From contig OX597833.1 in the NCBI GenBank assembly GCA_951406725.2, positions 22,382,001 through 22,446,000 of the forward strand: 64,000 nucleotides of DNA. The letters are read 5' to 3'. Under the pieces are notes generated by a model that ran no database searches, was not told the DNA's origin, and worked only from the letters and a program-made list of their open reading frames with translations. Origin of the DNA: Octopus vulgaris (Eukaryota). Position numbers and translations under genes: made by a program. Of this stretch, positions 39,331 through 53,910 are shown one piece after another. How positions within the stretch are numbered: the first letter of the stretch is position 1; every line of letters begins with the position of its first letter.

Positions 39331-41661
39331 AGAACCTCGATTATGGATTCTCAACTTCATCTTGTCTGTACATATCAAGACTGTTCCACTTCGTAACATC
39401 AATAAATAGGGTCAAAGTATCTGTAATTGATTTGTTGACAATTTCATTATTACATATTTAAATAGAGGTAACAATAATAGAAAAGTACCCCATGAAGTTG
39501 GCACTAATCAATAGATTACAGGATTCATCACAATTGTTTTCTACTGACCTCAGTTTACTGCTTAATGCTGCTTCTTACTGTAGCAAGTTGCAGGTTGAAG
39601 ATATCATGAGGCTGACATGTTCCATCCAAACTGATGCTCTCTCTCTGGAACATTTCATAAGTCTTCACCAGTGTTTTGTAAAGGTTGTTCCAGCACACAA
39701 TTACCAATCAATTTATAGATGTTTCATCAAGCAGATGCTATTAATTTCCACTAATGTTCTGTTATGTTATCAATTTCTAGTGTATGCTCCATCATCTGTC
39801 AATTTCCATTTATGATTCATAACTCACGAGTTTCCTGTAGATGATCTGTCATCAGCTTGCAATTTTACAATTGCCAAATGCATATATGTTGTTATTGTAC
39901 ATGATGCCAGTTAACTATTAAAATTATCTTTGAGATTCCTATATAACTGAAAATCAATCAAGCAAAAACTGCTTCTGATCTATGATGTCATCACAATGTG
40001 TTGTAGTAGAGAAAGCAGCAAGTGAAAGATAGTACATCATGTGCTGAACACTGAATGTCTTCCATTCCATTTCACTGTCTCTTATATTGGCCTTGCCTAT
40101 GCAAGATCATTCAATGTAAACATTAAGAGTCATCATATAAATTCATGATACTACACACTTCCAGGGTTATGTAGAAGACACTGTTCTTACTTTACCACTG
40201 TCAAAAGAAGTTCAGAGATACTAATGAAATTGGAAATGAATGTCACCAGCTTCCATTAAACATTTTGTCATATTCATCACTAGCTTCTATTAAATGGTCC
40301 TTCACAGTTGCCACCACTAGTTGTCATCAGCTTCTGTTTGCAGTATGATAGTTGTCTTGATTTTATGCACAATTACAGTTCTCACCAACTTCAATCAGCT
40401 GCTTCACTAGTATGTCCCCAGTTTCCAGTAGGTATTTCACAACACAGCCACCAATCTTGAGATGATTCACGAAGACACTTGCTACCAGTTTCTTGTCAAC
40501 GATGTTCCACCACGTAGTTGTCACCAGCTGTGTCAATTATAGATATCCTCATATATTCTCTTTCACAATCCATGGATTTTTCTTTTCCTTTCACATCTGA
40601 AGTCCAGCAGTTGATAATCATTGTTGTAACACAGTAAACACCTGGTACCAGATACACAAGTTCCCACACCAAGACATGGTATCTGCAAAAGAAAATATCT
40701 GAAAAGAAAAAAAAAACTCACCGCTTCTTTCAAGCTTACAAATCAGCACTGATGTGCCACAGTCTCTTTAACATATAAATCTCTCAGATGTTCAAAGCAG
40801 TCATCAACAATCATTAGACATTGCCATTGTATGTAGAAATACTGTTTTACATATTACAAACTGATTGGCTAAGATCAGTCACATATAGAAAATCAAACAA
40901 AACCTACTTCCACTTCTTGTCCCTCAAGTCACCAATGGTAAGCAGCAACCTTAGATACCTCAGGATAGTGTTATTTTCATCAGTTTTCACCAGCTTCCAA
41001 AAGATAGTCCACAGATGCCACCAACTGTTCTGTCAGTTTCCTCAAGTTCTGTCAGTTTCATGTTCTGTCAGTTTCCTCAAGTTTCTTGTTAGTTACATAC
41101 ACATTCAATTTTGTAGATACCAATAGCCTGAAAATAAAGTAAAACAAACCTCCACTTCTTTTTGCTTCACAAGTCACCACTCAGTCACAGGGCTATCATC
41201 AGGTTCTGCTCTATGCTTCCATAGTCTTCATGCAGTCACAACTTCTCTGCTCCATATTCCATACTTATCTATAGTTGCACATGTTCCACCAATTGAAATA
41301 AGCAGCCATTAGATGATATACTATTATCACCAGCTTCCTTGAATGTTCCATCACAGTCATCTCTAGTTTGTTAAGTCACATGACCAGTCACTTTTGTAAA
41401 TTCATGGATGCTGAATATTGATCTGGTACCAATAGCATGAAAATGAAGTAAAACAAACTTCCACTTTCATCAAAAGCCCCATTGAGATTTGCTACCAGTT
41501 TCCATTACACATCTCACTAACCACCAGTACGTGGTCTGTTTCCCATCAAATGCACCACAATCTTTACTAACTTCCATCAGATGCTCCAATTGAGATTTAG
41601 CAGCAGTTTCCATTTCAATTGTCAAAGACTCTACCAGTTTTCATCTAATATTTCACCACAA

Positions 41662-41785
41662 ATTCTGCCGAGGTCGACTTTGCCATTCATCTTTTTGGGG
41701 GTCGATAAATTAAGTACCAGTTGCATATTGGGGTTGATGTAATCGACTCCCCCACCAATTTTGGGGCTATGTGCCTAGAGCAGAA
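41662..41785 (+). mobile_element. 5'-truncated SINE with TSD
   Basis: SINE core GAGGTCGACTTTGCC...AAGTACCAGTT, flanked by a 15-bp TSD AATATTTCACCACAA (41647-41661, 41786-41800). Confidence 0.85.
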
Positions 41786-44700
41786 AATATTTCACCACAA
41801 TTTTTACTATCTTCTATCAAATGTTTTGTTGCAGTTGGCACTAGCTCTCATTAGACCAGTTGGATTGCTTCATCATATTGTCATCAGTATGAAGATGTTC
41901 CACTATTTGGTTTTAACCATTTTCTTGTTGATGTTCTACCACATAGTTGTCACCAGCTTTGTCAATTATTGATGTAACCCACATTTTCACTTTGACTATC
42001 ATTTCATTTTTTTTTTTTCATTTCATTTAGTTTCACCTCACGAGATGTGGCACATGCATAGTTCATCAGCTGACAGCCACTCTTGCTGCACACTAAACAT
42101 TTGGTACCAAATACACAAGTTTCCACACAATAACAAGGTATTTATAAAAGTAAATACAAGTGAAAACCCCACCTCTTCTTCCAGTTTCACAAATCAGTAA
42201 TGATGGGCCACACACTCTTCAATACATAACTGCCTCCAGAAGTTCAAATCATCACCAGCTATCACATATGTTGGACACTTGACATCAGTAGTATGTGGAA
42301 AGTCTCTTGTTTTATATATCAATACTTGACAGCCAAGCATTATTCAAATGATAATAAACCTGAAAATGAAACAGAACATACCTCCACTTCTTGTCTCTCA
42401 GGTCATCATCAAGCTACAACTGTAGATACCTCAATGCAGGGCCATCATAAGGTTGGTATTCATTTTCAGATGCACATATTTCACCACAATTGTTACCATT
42501 TTCCATTTGGTGCATCACAGTCATTAGATGTTTTGTTCTCATCATCAGTTTCATTTGGCTGTTTCATCACAGTTAATTATTTCCAATCACTGTTGTTAAT
42601 ATGTAGCTGCTAATGATCTGATACAAATAGCCTGAAAATGAAGCAAAACAAGCCTCCACTTTTGTTTCACAGGTCATCACACAGCCTTAGATGGCACAGT
42701 TGTCACCAGCCTCTATCAGATGCTCCATCAGTATAGGACCATTATAAAACTGGTATTAATCTTTAGTTGCACATATTCCATCCTGTTGAGATGTGTCAAA
42801 ATTAGATCCTCTATTGTTGTCATCAGCTTCCTTTGGATGTTTCATCAGTCATCTCCAGTTTCTTGTCGATTCCACATTCACTTTCTTTAATGTGTAGATA
42901 ACCTGAAAATGAAGCAAAAATGTACCTCCAATTGCTTCTGCTGCCAGCTTCCACTAGACATTCCAGCACAGTTCTCATTAGCTTCCATCAGATGTTTTAT
43001 CTCAGTCAGTACACTGCTTCATCACAAAGTTGCCACCAGTTTTGTCAATTACTGAGATGCCAAAGAGGTCCTTCATGAGTATAGTAAGTACCTCTCATCA
43101 TATTCAATCACAATTGCCACCAGCTTCCAATTCCATGTTCAACAGCATCCATTATTTATCACAGGTCGTCCTTAGATTTTCCACCATACAACTGTCACCA
43201 GCTTCCTTTGAATATACCACTTTGATCACCAGCATATAATAAGATATTCCAGCTCCTTCACACTATCATCAGTAACCAGATCTTCCTTTACAAAGTTGTC
43301 ACCAGCTTCATTAATTATGGATGTCAACACCTTTACTGTCAATTCTGCTGCACACCAAACACCTGGTACTAGACATTTGAGTACCATTCAATGACAGGAT
43401 AACTGCAACAGAAACTAGCTGAAAAGAAAATCTCACCACCTCTTTCAATCTCACAAATAAGCAATGATGTGCCAGTCTCTTCAATGCAAAAAGGTTGTCT
43501 CAAATGTTCAGATCACCAGCCAACATATATGATGTTGAACACTAGACATCACTCTGCTATAAGGAAATTCTTTTGTTTTACATATCTGTTGACTGTCAAA
43601 TCGTTGCATTACAATAATCCTGAAACTGCAACAAAAAAACCCCACTTCTTGTCTCTCAGGTCACCAGATAGTCGACTGTTATCACCAGATTCTATTAAAT
43701 GTTCCACTGTTGTCACTGACATGTCATTTGCTTCCTTTGCATGTTGTAGTGTAGTTGTCAGTAGATTCTTGTCAGTCACACACACATTCACTTCTGGTAA
43801 ACAGGGGGATACCAGCAATTGATCAGATAATCTGTAAATGAAGCAAAACATACCTCCACTTTTTGTATCATAGGCCAATCTGTCAGACATCACTTTAAGA
43901 TATTCCATGATACTTGCTAGTTTCTATTAGATGCTCCATCACAGTTGTTCATAAGAATGTATCAACTTCCCTTGGATGTTTCATCAGTCATCACCAGTTC
44001 TGACATGCATCTGTACATTCACTTTTGTTAATAAGAGGGTCTCATGATTGATAAGATGTCAACAACCTGAAAGTGATGCAAATAATACCTCTACATCCGT
44101 TTATTGCACAGGCCAGTCTGTTAGACACAACTTTAAAATATTCCACGACACTCGCCACAAGTTTTCTGTAGATGCTCTAAGATTTCACAAGATTCCACTG
44201 GATGGCCTATCACAGTTGCTTTCATTAGATATTCTGTCAAATTAATCACCAGCTTACAATAGACATTCCATCTCAGTTGTCAAGACCTTCCAGATATCCT
44301 ACCGCAATGTCAAGTTTCCAATACAGATGTCACCAGCTTCAATTGCACATTCTAGTAAAGTTCTCATTAGCTTTCATCAGATAATCTGCCATAGCTGTCA
44401 CCAACTTTCATTCCATACTCCATCACAAGTATCCATTACTTATTGTGTTACACAACTGTCCTCAGAGATGTACATCACAGTTGTGGCCACTTTCCTTTCA
44501 GATATGTTCCATCAGTTTTCAATGGCTTCCATTAGGTATACCACCACATTCATCACCAACTTCTAATAAATATTCTATCCCACTTTTCACCATAGTTGTC
44601 AGTTTTGTCAATTACAGATGTCATCCTCATATATTCACAATCGATCCTTTCTCTTTCTCTCACATGTATAGTTCAGCAGTTGACAACCGTTGTTACACAA

Positions 44701-45944
44701 ACATCTGGCACCAGATACACAAGTTCCATGCAATGACAGGATATCTGCTAAAGACAAACTCACTTCTTTAAAAATTCCAGGTTTTTCACAACTGTCATCA
44801 GCTTCCTTTGGACATCTAATCCGTTATTAGCAGTTCTTTTCAGTTGCATGCACATTCACTTTCACTAATATGTGAATGCCAGTGATTGATCAGCTACTAA
44901 TAACCTGAAACTGAAGCAAATCGTACCTCCACTTCTTCCTCTCAGTCAATTACAACTTTTAGGATACTTAACACAAGTTTCCATTTTTTGTTTCACAAAG
45001 TCATCACTTCCATTAGACAGCCTGTTGCATTTGTCACTAGCAACGATTCCATGTCCTTCATATGGCAGTCATTATTTACCATGTAACACAGTTGTCATCA
45101 ATGTTCTAAATCAGAGCCATTACACTTTCTTTTCAGATATGTTAGACCAGCTTCCTGTAGATTGCTTCATCATACTGTCATCAGTAGCCAGATATTTCAC
45201 CAAAAACTGTCACCATTTTCCTTTGAAAGATGTTCCATGTGAATGTCAGTTTCTTCAATTATGTCACTATTAGAATTCCACTTTTCTCTTCTTCTCTCGA
45301 ATGAATAGTCCAGCAGTTTATGTTTTATACAATACAATAACCACCTGGTACCAGATACAGTCACTGAATAGGAACTTTTGTATCTGTAATAAAAAATAAA
45401 TCTCACTTCTTTCAATCTCCCAAGCCAGTTTCCATTTCATGGTCATCACATTTGCAATCAACTTTCATCAGATGTCCAGCCACTGCTGTCAGGTCGTCAG
45501 TTTCTATTAATTGTCCAGCCAGTTGCCACCAACTCTATACCAGATGACCTACCATAACTATTACTAGTTTCCATTGCACTTATGGACAGACACATTAGAT
45601 ATCAAAGAGCCTAAAAATGAAGCAAAACAAACCACTTCATATCTCCCAGCTCAGTAGTCAGTCAACAACTGTGGATGTCTAAAGACAGAGTCATCATAAC
45701 TTTGGTAATAATCATCAGTTGCATTCAATCACAATTGCAACAAGCTTTCATTAAATGTTCCATCACACAGTTGTTATCAGTTAATAGTCAATGATAAATG
45801 TCATCCTCAGCAAGAAGAGAAAATACCTAAAAAGAGCTTGCTAATCTCCAGATGTTCAATCACATTTCTCATCAGTCACCAGATGTTCCATCATGGTCAC
45901 CATCAAGTCAAGAGATGTTCCATCAGTTGCCACTATCAGTCACG

Positions 45945-46085
45945 AGATGTTCCATCACTGCAACCATCAGTGTCCAGATGTTCCATCACTGCCACCATCA
46001 GTGTCCAGATGTTCCATCACTGCCACCATCAGTGTCCAGATGTTCCATCACTGCCACCATCAGTGTCCAGATGTTCCATCAGTTG
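45945..46085. repeat. Short 31-bp tandem array (~4 copies)
   Basis: Unit AGATGTTCCATCACTGCCACCATCAGTGTCC. Confidence 0.85.
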
Positions 46086-46359
46086 CCACCAGTCTCCTGA
46101 TGCACCATCACAGTTGCCATATGTTCCATCACTATTGCTTTCAGTCTCCAGATGCTGCATTGCAGTTGCCAGCCTCTAGATGTTCAATCATTGTTGGTGC
46201 CAGTCTCCAGATACACCACCAGTCTCTAGATGTACCATCACACATCACCAGTTGGTTGTCAATTATAGATGTTATCCTTATCTGCAAAAGAAAATATCTG
46301 AAAGCAAGACTCACCAATTTCCATTAGATGTTTCAATGCTGTTGCCATCAGTCCCTAGA

Positions 46360-47530
46360 TGAACCATCATAGTTGCCACCAGTCTCCAGAAATTCCATCA
46401 CAGTTGTCACCACTCTTTAGACATTCCATCAGTTGCCACCAGTCTCCAGATGTTCCATCACAGTTGCCACCAGTCTCCAGATGTTCCATCACAGTTGCCA
46501 CCAGTCTCCAGATGTTCCATCACAGTTGTCACCAGTCTTCAGACGTTCCATCACAGTTGTCACCAGTCTTCAGACGTTCCATCACAGTTGTCACCAGTCT
46601 TCAGACATTCCATCAGTTGCCACCAGTCTCCAGATGTTCCATCACAGTTGTCACCAGTCTTTAGACATTCCATCACAGTTGTCACCAGTCTCCAGACGTT
46701 CCATCACAATTGCCACCAGTCTTCAGATGATCCATCACAGTTGTCACCAGTCTTCAGACATTCCATCACAGTTGTCACCAGTCTTCAGATGTTCCATCAC
46801 AGTTGTCACCAGTCTTCAGACATTCCATCAGTTGCCACCAGTCTCCAGATGTTCCATCACAGTTGTCACCAGTCTCCAGATGTTCCATCACAGTTGTCAC
46901 CAGTCTTCAGATGTTCCATCACAGTTGCCACCAGTCTTCAGACATTCCATCAGTTGCCACCAGTCTCCAGATGTTCCATCACAGTTGTCACCAGTCTCCA
47001 GATGTTCCATCACAGTTGTCACCAGTCTTCAGACGTTCCATCACAGTTGCCACCAGTCTTCAGACGTTCCATCACAGTTGCCACCAGTCTCCAGATGTTC
47101 CATCACAGTTGCCACCAGTCTCCAGATGTTCCATCACAGTTGTCACCAGTCTTCAGACGTTCCAGCACAGTTGTCACCAGTCTTTAGACGTTCCATCACA
47201 GTTGTCACCAGTCTTCAGACGTTCCATCACAGTTGTCACCAGTCTTCAGACGTTCCATCAGTTGCCACCAGTCTCCAGATGTTCCATCACAGTTGCCACC
47301 AGTCTCCAGATGTTCCATCACAGTTGTCACCAGTCTTCAGACATTCCATCACAGTTGTCACCAGTCTTCAGACGTTCCATCACAGTTGTCACCAGTCTTC
47401 AGACGTTCCATCACAGTTGTCACCAGTCTTCAGACATTCCATCACAGTAGTCACCAGTCTTCAGATGTTCTATCACAGTTGTCACCTATTTCCAAACGTT
47501 CCATCATGGTTGCCACCAGTCTCCAGATGA
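46360..47530. repeat. 31-bp minisatellite (~38 copies) with interspersed 28-bp variants
   Basis: Unit CACAGTTG(T/C)CACCAGTCT(C/T)CAGA(T/C)GTTCCAT; variants lack CAC. Confidence 0.95.
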
Positions 47531-48004
47531 TCCACACAGTTGCTACTAGTTTCCTTTAGATATAAAAAAGCCTGAAAATGAAGCAAAATGAGCCTTGTCT
47601 TTCTACTTTAGTGACCAGTCCTTTGGATGTTTGTAGATGTTTACAACAGGTTAAATTTATACCATTCTATCACAATTGCCAACAGTTTTCTTTAGATGTC
47701 CTGTCACACATTTTACCAATTTCCAGTCAATGTTCAGTCCACCAGAAGCAGTTTCCATTGTATATTCCATCAGAAAATCATCAAGGAGATTCTACCAAAT
47801 AGTTATCACCAACTTCTCAGGAATGTTCCATCACACAGGTGTCACCAGTCAATTGTAGATGTCATCCTCATCTGCAAATGAAGAACCTGAAAGAAAGACT
47901 TGCTAGTTCTCATTAGATGTTCCATCACAGCTGCCACCAGTTTCCAGATGTTCCTTCACAACTATCATTTAGCATTCCGGGGATGCCACCAGCTTCCATT
48001 GGAT

Positions 48005-49458
48005 CGGCTTGCAACTCGGCACCTTGAGGGGCAAGTCGATGCCTTCGGATAGCGTCATGGGACGTTGGACGGAGTGCCCGGTTAAGCTGCTAGGGGTTTG
48101 GTTTGGACCAAACCTCCAGGTAGAAAAGAACTGGGCAGAAGTATCGAGCAAGGTGACCTGCATAGTCAAGAACTGGTCTTGGCGGTGGCTATCCTTGAAA
48201 GGGCGGGCGGAGGTGGCCAATGTGTTTATCGCATCGGTCATCATTTACCGCCTAACCGTCGTGCCCTGTCCCGCTTTGTGGTTGAGCAAGCTGGAGAGGC
48301 AGATCTCCCGCTTTTTGCGGAAGGGCACTACTCCTCTTGTGAGGCGTCCTATCTGCTGCCAGAAGCCGTTGAATGGAGGACTGGGGATGCCTTGGCCGTT
48401 GATGCGCAAACATGCGCTGAGGTTTAGGCATCTCTGGCTACTCCTGAATGGTGAACAGGTGTGGTCTCCGTTCGCGAAATGGATGTTTCCCAGGTTCACT
48501 AGTTTCAGTGGACAAGAAAGCTGGTTCTTTCGTAGATCGAGGTTGGGTACATGGTTTACGGAGTGCCGTAAAGCACTCCTACAGTTCCATCACTCGGGTA
48601 ATGCTAGCGGTTTTGGTACCACCACATTTTTCTATAGCAGGTTGGTAGAGGCTGGGAACAACGATACCCTAGGTCTCGGAGATAACCAGTTAGACAGTCT
48701 GTTCCGAAGGACGTTCGGGCCAGGTTGTTTGGATAATTTCCAAAAATCCCTGGCCTGGCAATGTTACCGAGGAGCCTTACCCGTTCGAGATAAGCTCGCA
48801 CGACACGGTCAAACTACCACTGCTGACTGTCCAAGATGCGGACGGGATAGGAAACTGTCCTGCATGCTATTGTTCAGTGTCCGGGTGTGTCTGAAGTGTA
48901 GGCTTATGCAGAACATCTACTGTCAGGTTTGGGAAGAGTACAGCTGTCATCTGAGTCAATCGTAAAAATTGACCTGCCGGATTTCCTCACAAAAGAAGTT
49001 AACCAATGTTTTCTCGCTGTAGTAACAATAGCAAAAGAGGTGGTCTGGAAGTCACAAATGAAAGGTTTAGCGACAGGCAACCTCATCTCCGGTCTCGGGT
49101 TGGTGAGATATTTTATCTTCCACCTTAGAAGGAAGGTGAGGCTGGAGAGAAGATGCCATTCAAAGAAAATGTTCAAAGAAAGATGGTTGCATGTTGCGAG
49201 GGTGCTGGGAATGAAAGATTCCTCGTGAACATGTCATAAGTCTGCATACAAAAGTTTCAGTAGGAGAATGGGGCTTGTGGGGTCGGAGCATAAGCCATCT
49301 CTCTGCTTCATCTCATTTTTGTATTTCGTCTTTGTTGTATCTCATTCGATTTCATTTTATTTTGTAAAATTTTAAAAGTCATATAATCATTGTGTGTCTG
49401 ACCCCAATCAGGCTATACTGTCCCCCTCTATGTTTGGGCCCTTGTGGTTAATAAAGAA
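48005..49458 (+). mobile_element. 5'-truncated L1/Tx1-clade LINE (RT C-terminus, zf-RVT region, 3' UTR)
   Basis: KLLGVWF, LSLKGRA, GGLG and GALPVRDKL..CPRCG motifs; frameshift near 48850; 3' end AATAAAGA; 7-bp TSD ATTGGAT (47998-48004, 49459-49465) splitting a host repeat unit. Confidence 0.9.
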
Positions 49459-52059
49459 ATTGGATGTTCTACCAGTTGTCACAAGTCCTCATTTTATGTT
49501 TCAGGACAGCTACCACCAGTCCCCAATAGAAGTTTCATCACAGATGACATACACATGTGCAAAAAAAATATCTGAAAAGAATTCCTATTCTTTCAATCTC
49601 ACAAATTGGCAATGACATGCTAGTCTTTGATAAATGAATCTCTTCCAAATGTCCAAATCAATAGTCATCACAATTCACATCACTGTGCTTTGTGGAGATT
49701 TTGTTAGCAGCTTTCATCAGGTGTTCTACCACACTTTCAACCAGTCTTTGGTATGTGTTCCATCACAGTTGTCACCAGTCTCCAGATGATCCCTCAGTTG
49801 CCACCCATGTCTGATTCATTAGGTTATCAAAAAGCCTGAAAATGAAGCAGAATGAGTCACTTCTTTCATCCAATGTCATCAGTCCTGATGATATTTGTAG
49901 ATGTTTAAGGTAGGTCCATCATAATCATTAGATGCATTCCACTGTAGTTGCATAAAACTTCCATTATATGTCCTGACATCCATTTTACCAATTTCCAGTA
50001 GATAATTTTCTATTAGCTAAGACCAGCTTTCACACTGTTTTCCATGGGACAATTTTCTTTAAGGAGACACAGTCACAATCTTTTCACAATACAATTATCA
50101 CCAATTTGATGTCAATTATAGATATCATCCACACCTATAAAAAATGAACTCAAAGAAACAACTCGCCTCTGCTTTTAGTTTCATAAAATGGCTATGATTT
50201 GCTACAATCTCTTCAATGTACATAGATCTGCCTAATATGTTGAGATCATCAGCAATCACGTTTTACAAGACATGTGCTGTGTGCAGATTCATTTGTTAGC
50301 AGTTTTTATTAGGCATTTCAGAGCCATCAACAGCTGTCATTGTGTATTCAATCAGTTACCACCAATCTCCATTGGAAGGTCCACCACCTGGTTGCTAATC
50401 CACATTAGCTGTTGCCCTAGTTACCAATCTCCAGATGTTCCATCAATAGTGCCATCAGTCTCTATCATCAATCTCCAAATGATATACCAGCTTCTTGTCA
50501 GATTCATTAGATATCTAAAGACCTGAAAATGAAGCAGAATGAGCTACTTTCTGAGTCACCAGTCCTGTCATATTTGCTGATATTTACGGCAAGTCAATCA
50601 TAACTCTGGAAATATTCATTAGTTGTATTCCATCACAACTGCCAACAACTTTCATTACATGTTATATCACCCATTTTATCAGTTACCAACAGATAATGTT
50701 CAATTAGTCAGCAGCAGCTTCCACATCACCATTACCCTCAGGGAGTTTCCCCACATATACATGCCACCAATCTGTCAGAAATTTTCCATTACACAGTTAC
50801 CACCAGTTGGTCATCATTACAGATGTCACTTTTAACTGCAAAAGAAGCTACCTGTAAAAAGAAATGCACCTGTCTCCATTAGATGCTCTATCACAATTGC
50901 CACCAGCCAAATGCTCCATGACAACTTTCACCAGTCTCCAGATGCTCCACTACAGTTCATTAAACATTTTAGAGACGTCACCAGCCTTCCTTATGTGTTC
51001 TATCAAAATTGACATCAGTCTCCATCTGTTCCAGTGCAGTTGCCAACAGATTCCATTAGATGTCGCATTGCAGTTGCCACCAGATTCAATCAGATGTTGC
51101 ATCGCAGTTGCCAGCAAATTCTATCAGATGTTGCATTGCAGTTTCCATCATATGTTGCATCACAGTTGCCACTAGTTACCTTCGGATGTTGCATCGCAGT
51201 TGCCATTGGCCTCCAGATGATACACCACAGGTGTCACCAGTTTCATGTTGGACACATTACAGATGTAAAAACAAAAGCCTGAAAATGAATCAACATGCAC
51301 CATTTCTTTCCTTCTAAGCCACCAGTCTTGGTGACACTTGTAGATGTTCATGTCAGGGCAATCATAACTTTGGTAAGAATTAGTTGCATTCCATCTTAAC
51401 TACCAACAGTTTTTATTAGATGTTCTGTTGGTCAGCATAGCTTCCACCAATTTGTCACAATATCTTCCATCCAACAATTGTCGCCTGTCGATTGTCAATT
51501 GCAGATGTCATCCCCATCTGCAAAAGAAAAACACTTCTTTCCACCTCACAAATAGCCAGTCTCTTCAATATATAAAGCTGTCTCAGATGTTCACAGATCA
51601 TCATGTTTCACAATAAACATCACTATGCTTTGCTTTTCTAAGCAAATTACACTAGTCATTTCAGTGCTGTCATCAGCTCCTATTAGATGTTCTACCAGTT
51701 ATCAGTCTCCATCACAAGTGCCATTATATTTGGCATCAGTAACCAGATGTTCTATCATTTTGTTTCCACCATTTTCCAAATTTCCCATAAACGTAGACAA
51801 TCCATAACACATGTCACTAGTTGCCATTAGAAGTTTCACCACACATATTATTATCATAGGCAAAGGAAAGTACATAAAAAGAACTCTTCTTTCAGTCACA
51901 CAAATCAGCAATGACATGCCAGTCTTAACAAAATATAAAGCTGCCTCAGATGTTCAAATCATCAGCAGTTATCACATTTCACAACAGATATCAGTGTGCT
52001 ATGTGCAAATTCTTTTGATTGCAGCTATCATTAGGCTTTCCGGAGCTGTCACCAGCTTC

Positions 52060-53910
52060 ATTAGATGTCCCATCATAATCGACACCAGTCTCCACGAGAT
52101 GTCCCATCATAATCGACACCAGTCTCCACGAGATGTACCATCACAGTTGTCACCAGCCTCTGTGAAATGTACTATCGGTTTCCACCAGCCTCCATCAAAT
52201 GTTCCATCATAGTTGCCACCAGCCTCCATTAGATGTTCCAACACAGTTGCCACAAGCCTCCGTGAGATGTACCATCAGTTTCCACAAGATGTTCTATCAC
52301 AGTTGTCACCAGTCTCCACAAGCTGTTCCATCGCAGTTGCCAGCCTCCGTGAGATGTACGATCACAGCTGCTACCAGCCTCCATCATATGTAGCCTTACG
52401 GTTGACACCAGTCTCTGTAAGATGTACCATCACAGTTGCCACCAGCCACTGTGAGATGTACCATCAGTTTCCACCAGCCTCCATCAGATGTACCATCAAA
52501 GTTGCCACCAGTCTCTGTGAGATGTACCATCACAGTTGCCACCAACCTCCACAAGATGTTCTATCACAGTCGCCACCAGCCTCCACAAGATGTACCATCA
52601 CAGTTGCCACCATCCTCCATGAGATGTACCATCAGTTTCCACCAGCCTCCATCAGATGTTTCATCACAGTAGCCACCAACCTCTGTGATATGTACCATCA
52701 AAGTTGCCACCAGCCTCCACCAGATATTCCATCACACATTCCACCAGCCTGCATCAGATGTACCATCAAAGTTGCCACCAGCCTCCATTAGATGTTCCAA
52801 CACAGTAGCCACCATCCTCCAGGAGATGTACCATCATAGCTGCCATTAGTCTCGATAAGATGTTCTATCACAGTCGCCACCAGTCTCCACAAGCTGTTCC
52901 ATCACAGTCGTCACCAGTCTACATAAGCTGTTCCATCACATCGCCACCAGCCTCTGTGAGATGTACCATCAGTTACCACCAGCCTTCATCAGATGTACCA
53001 TCAAAGTTGACACAAACCTCCGGGAGATGTAACATCACAGTTGCCACAAGCCTCCGTGAGATGTACCATCACAGTTGCCACCAGCCTCTGTGAGATGTAC
53101 ATCACAGTTGCCACCAGCCTCCATCAGATGTTTCATCACAGTAGCCACCAACCTCCGTGAGATGTACCATCAGTTTCCACCAGCCTCCATTAGATGTTCC
53201 AACACAGATGCCACCAGCCTACATCAGATGTACCATCAAAGTTGCTACCAGTCTCTGTGAAATGTACTATCACAGTCGCCACCAGCCTCCACCAGATGTT
53301 CTTTCACACTTTCCACCAGCCTCCAACAGATGTACCATCAAAGTTGCCACCAGCCTCAATTAGATGTTCCAACACAGTTGCCACCATCCTCCGGGAGATG
53401 TACCATCACAATTGCCACCAGCCTCCATCAGATGTACTATCACCGTTGCCAACACCCTCCATCAGATGTACCATCACAGTTGCCACTAGTCTCCACAAGC
53501 TGTTCCATCACAGTCATCACCAGTCTGCACAAGCTGTTCCATCACAGTCGCCACGACCTCCATGAGATGTACCATCACAGTTGCCACCAGCCTTCATCAG
53601 ATGTTCCACAGTTGCCACCATCCTCTGGGAGATGTACCATCACAGTTGCCGCCAGTCTCCATGAGATGTTCCACCACACTTGCCACCAGTTTCCACGAGA
53701 TGTTGCATCAGTTGCCACCAGCGTCTGCGAGATGTACCAACACAGTTGCCACCAGCTCCCATCAGATGTTCCAACTGTTGCCACCAATCCCCACAAGCTG
53801 TTTCCATCACAGTCGCCACCAGTCTCCATGAGATCACAGTCGCCACCCGTTTCCACTAGATGTTTCATCACAGTTACCACTAGAGATTTTCCACCACAGT
53901 TGCCACCAGT
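52060..53910. repeat. ~34-bp diverged minisatellite
   Basis: Unit CACAGTTGCCACCAGCCTCCATCAGATGTACCAT; its right part is duplicated at 54841-55616. Confidence 0.85.

Noticed and set aside
30490-39461. Many long Cys/His/Ser/Leu-rich plus-strand ORFs (up to 570 aa)
   Set aside because: By-products of a stop-poor repeat: overlapping frames are open at once, poly-T indels shift frame constantly and many lack a real ATG.
32209-47530. CRISPR-like regular repeats
   Set aside because: No unique spacers, no cas genes, and a eukaryotic context; these are tandem satellites.
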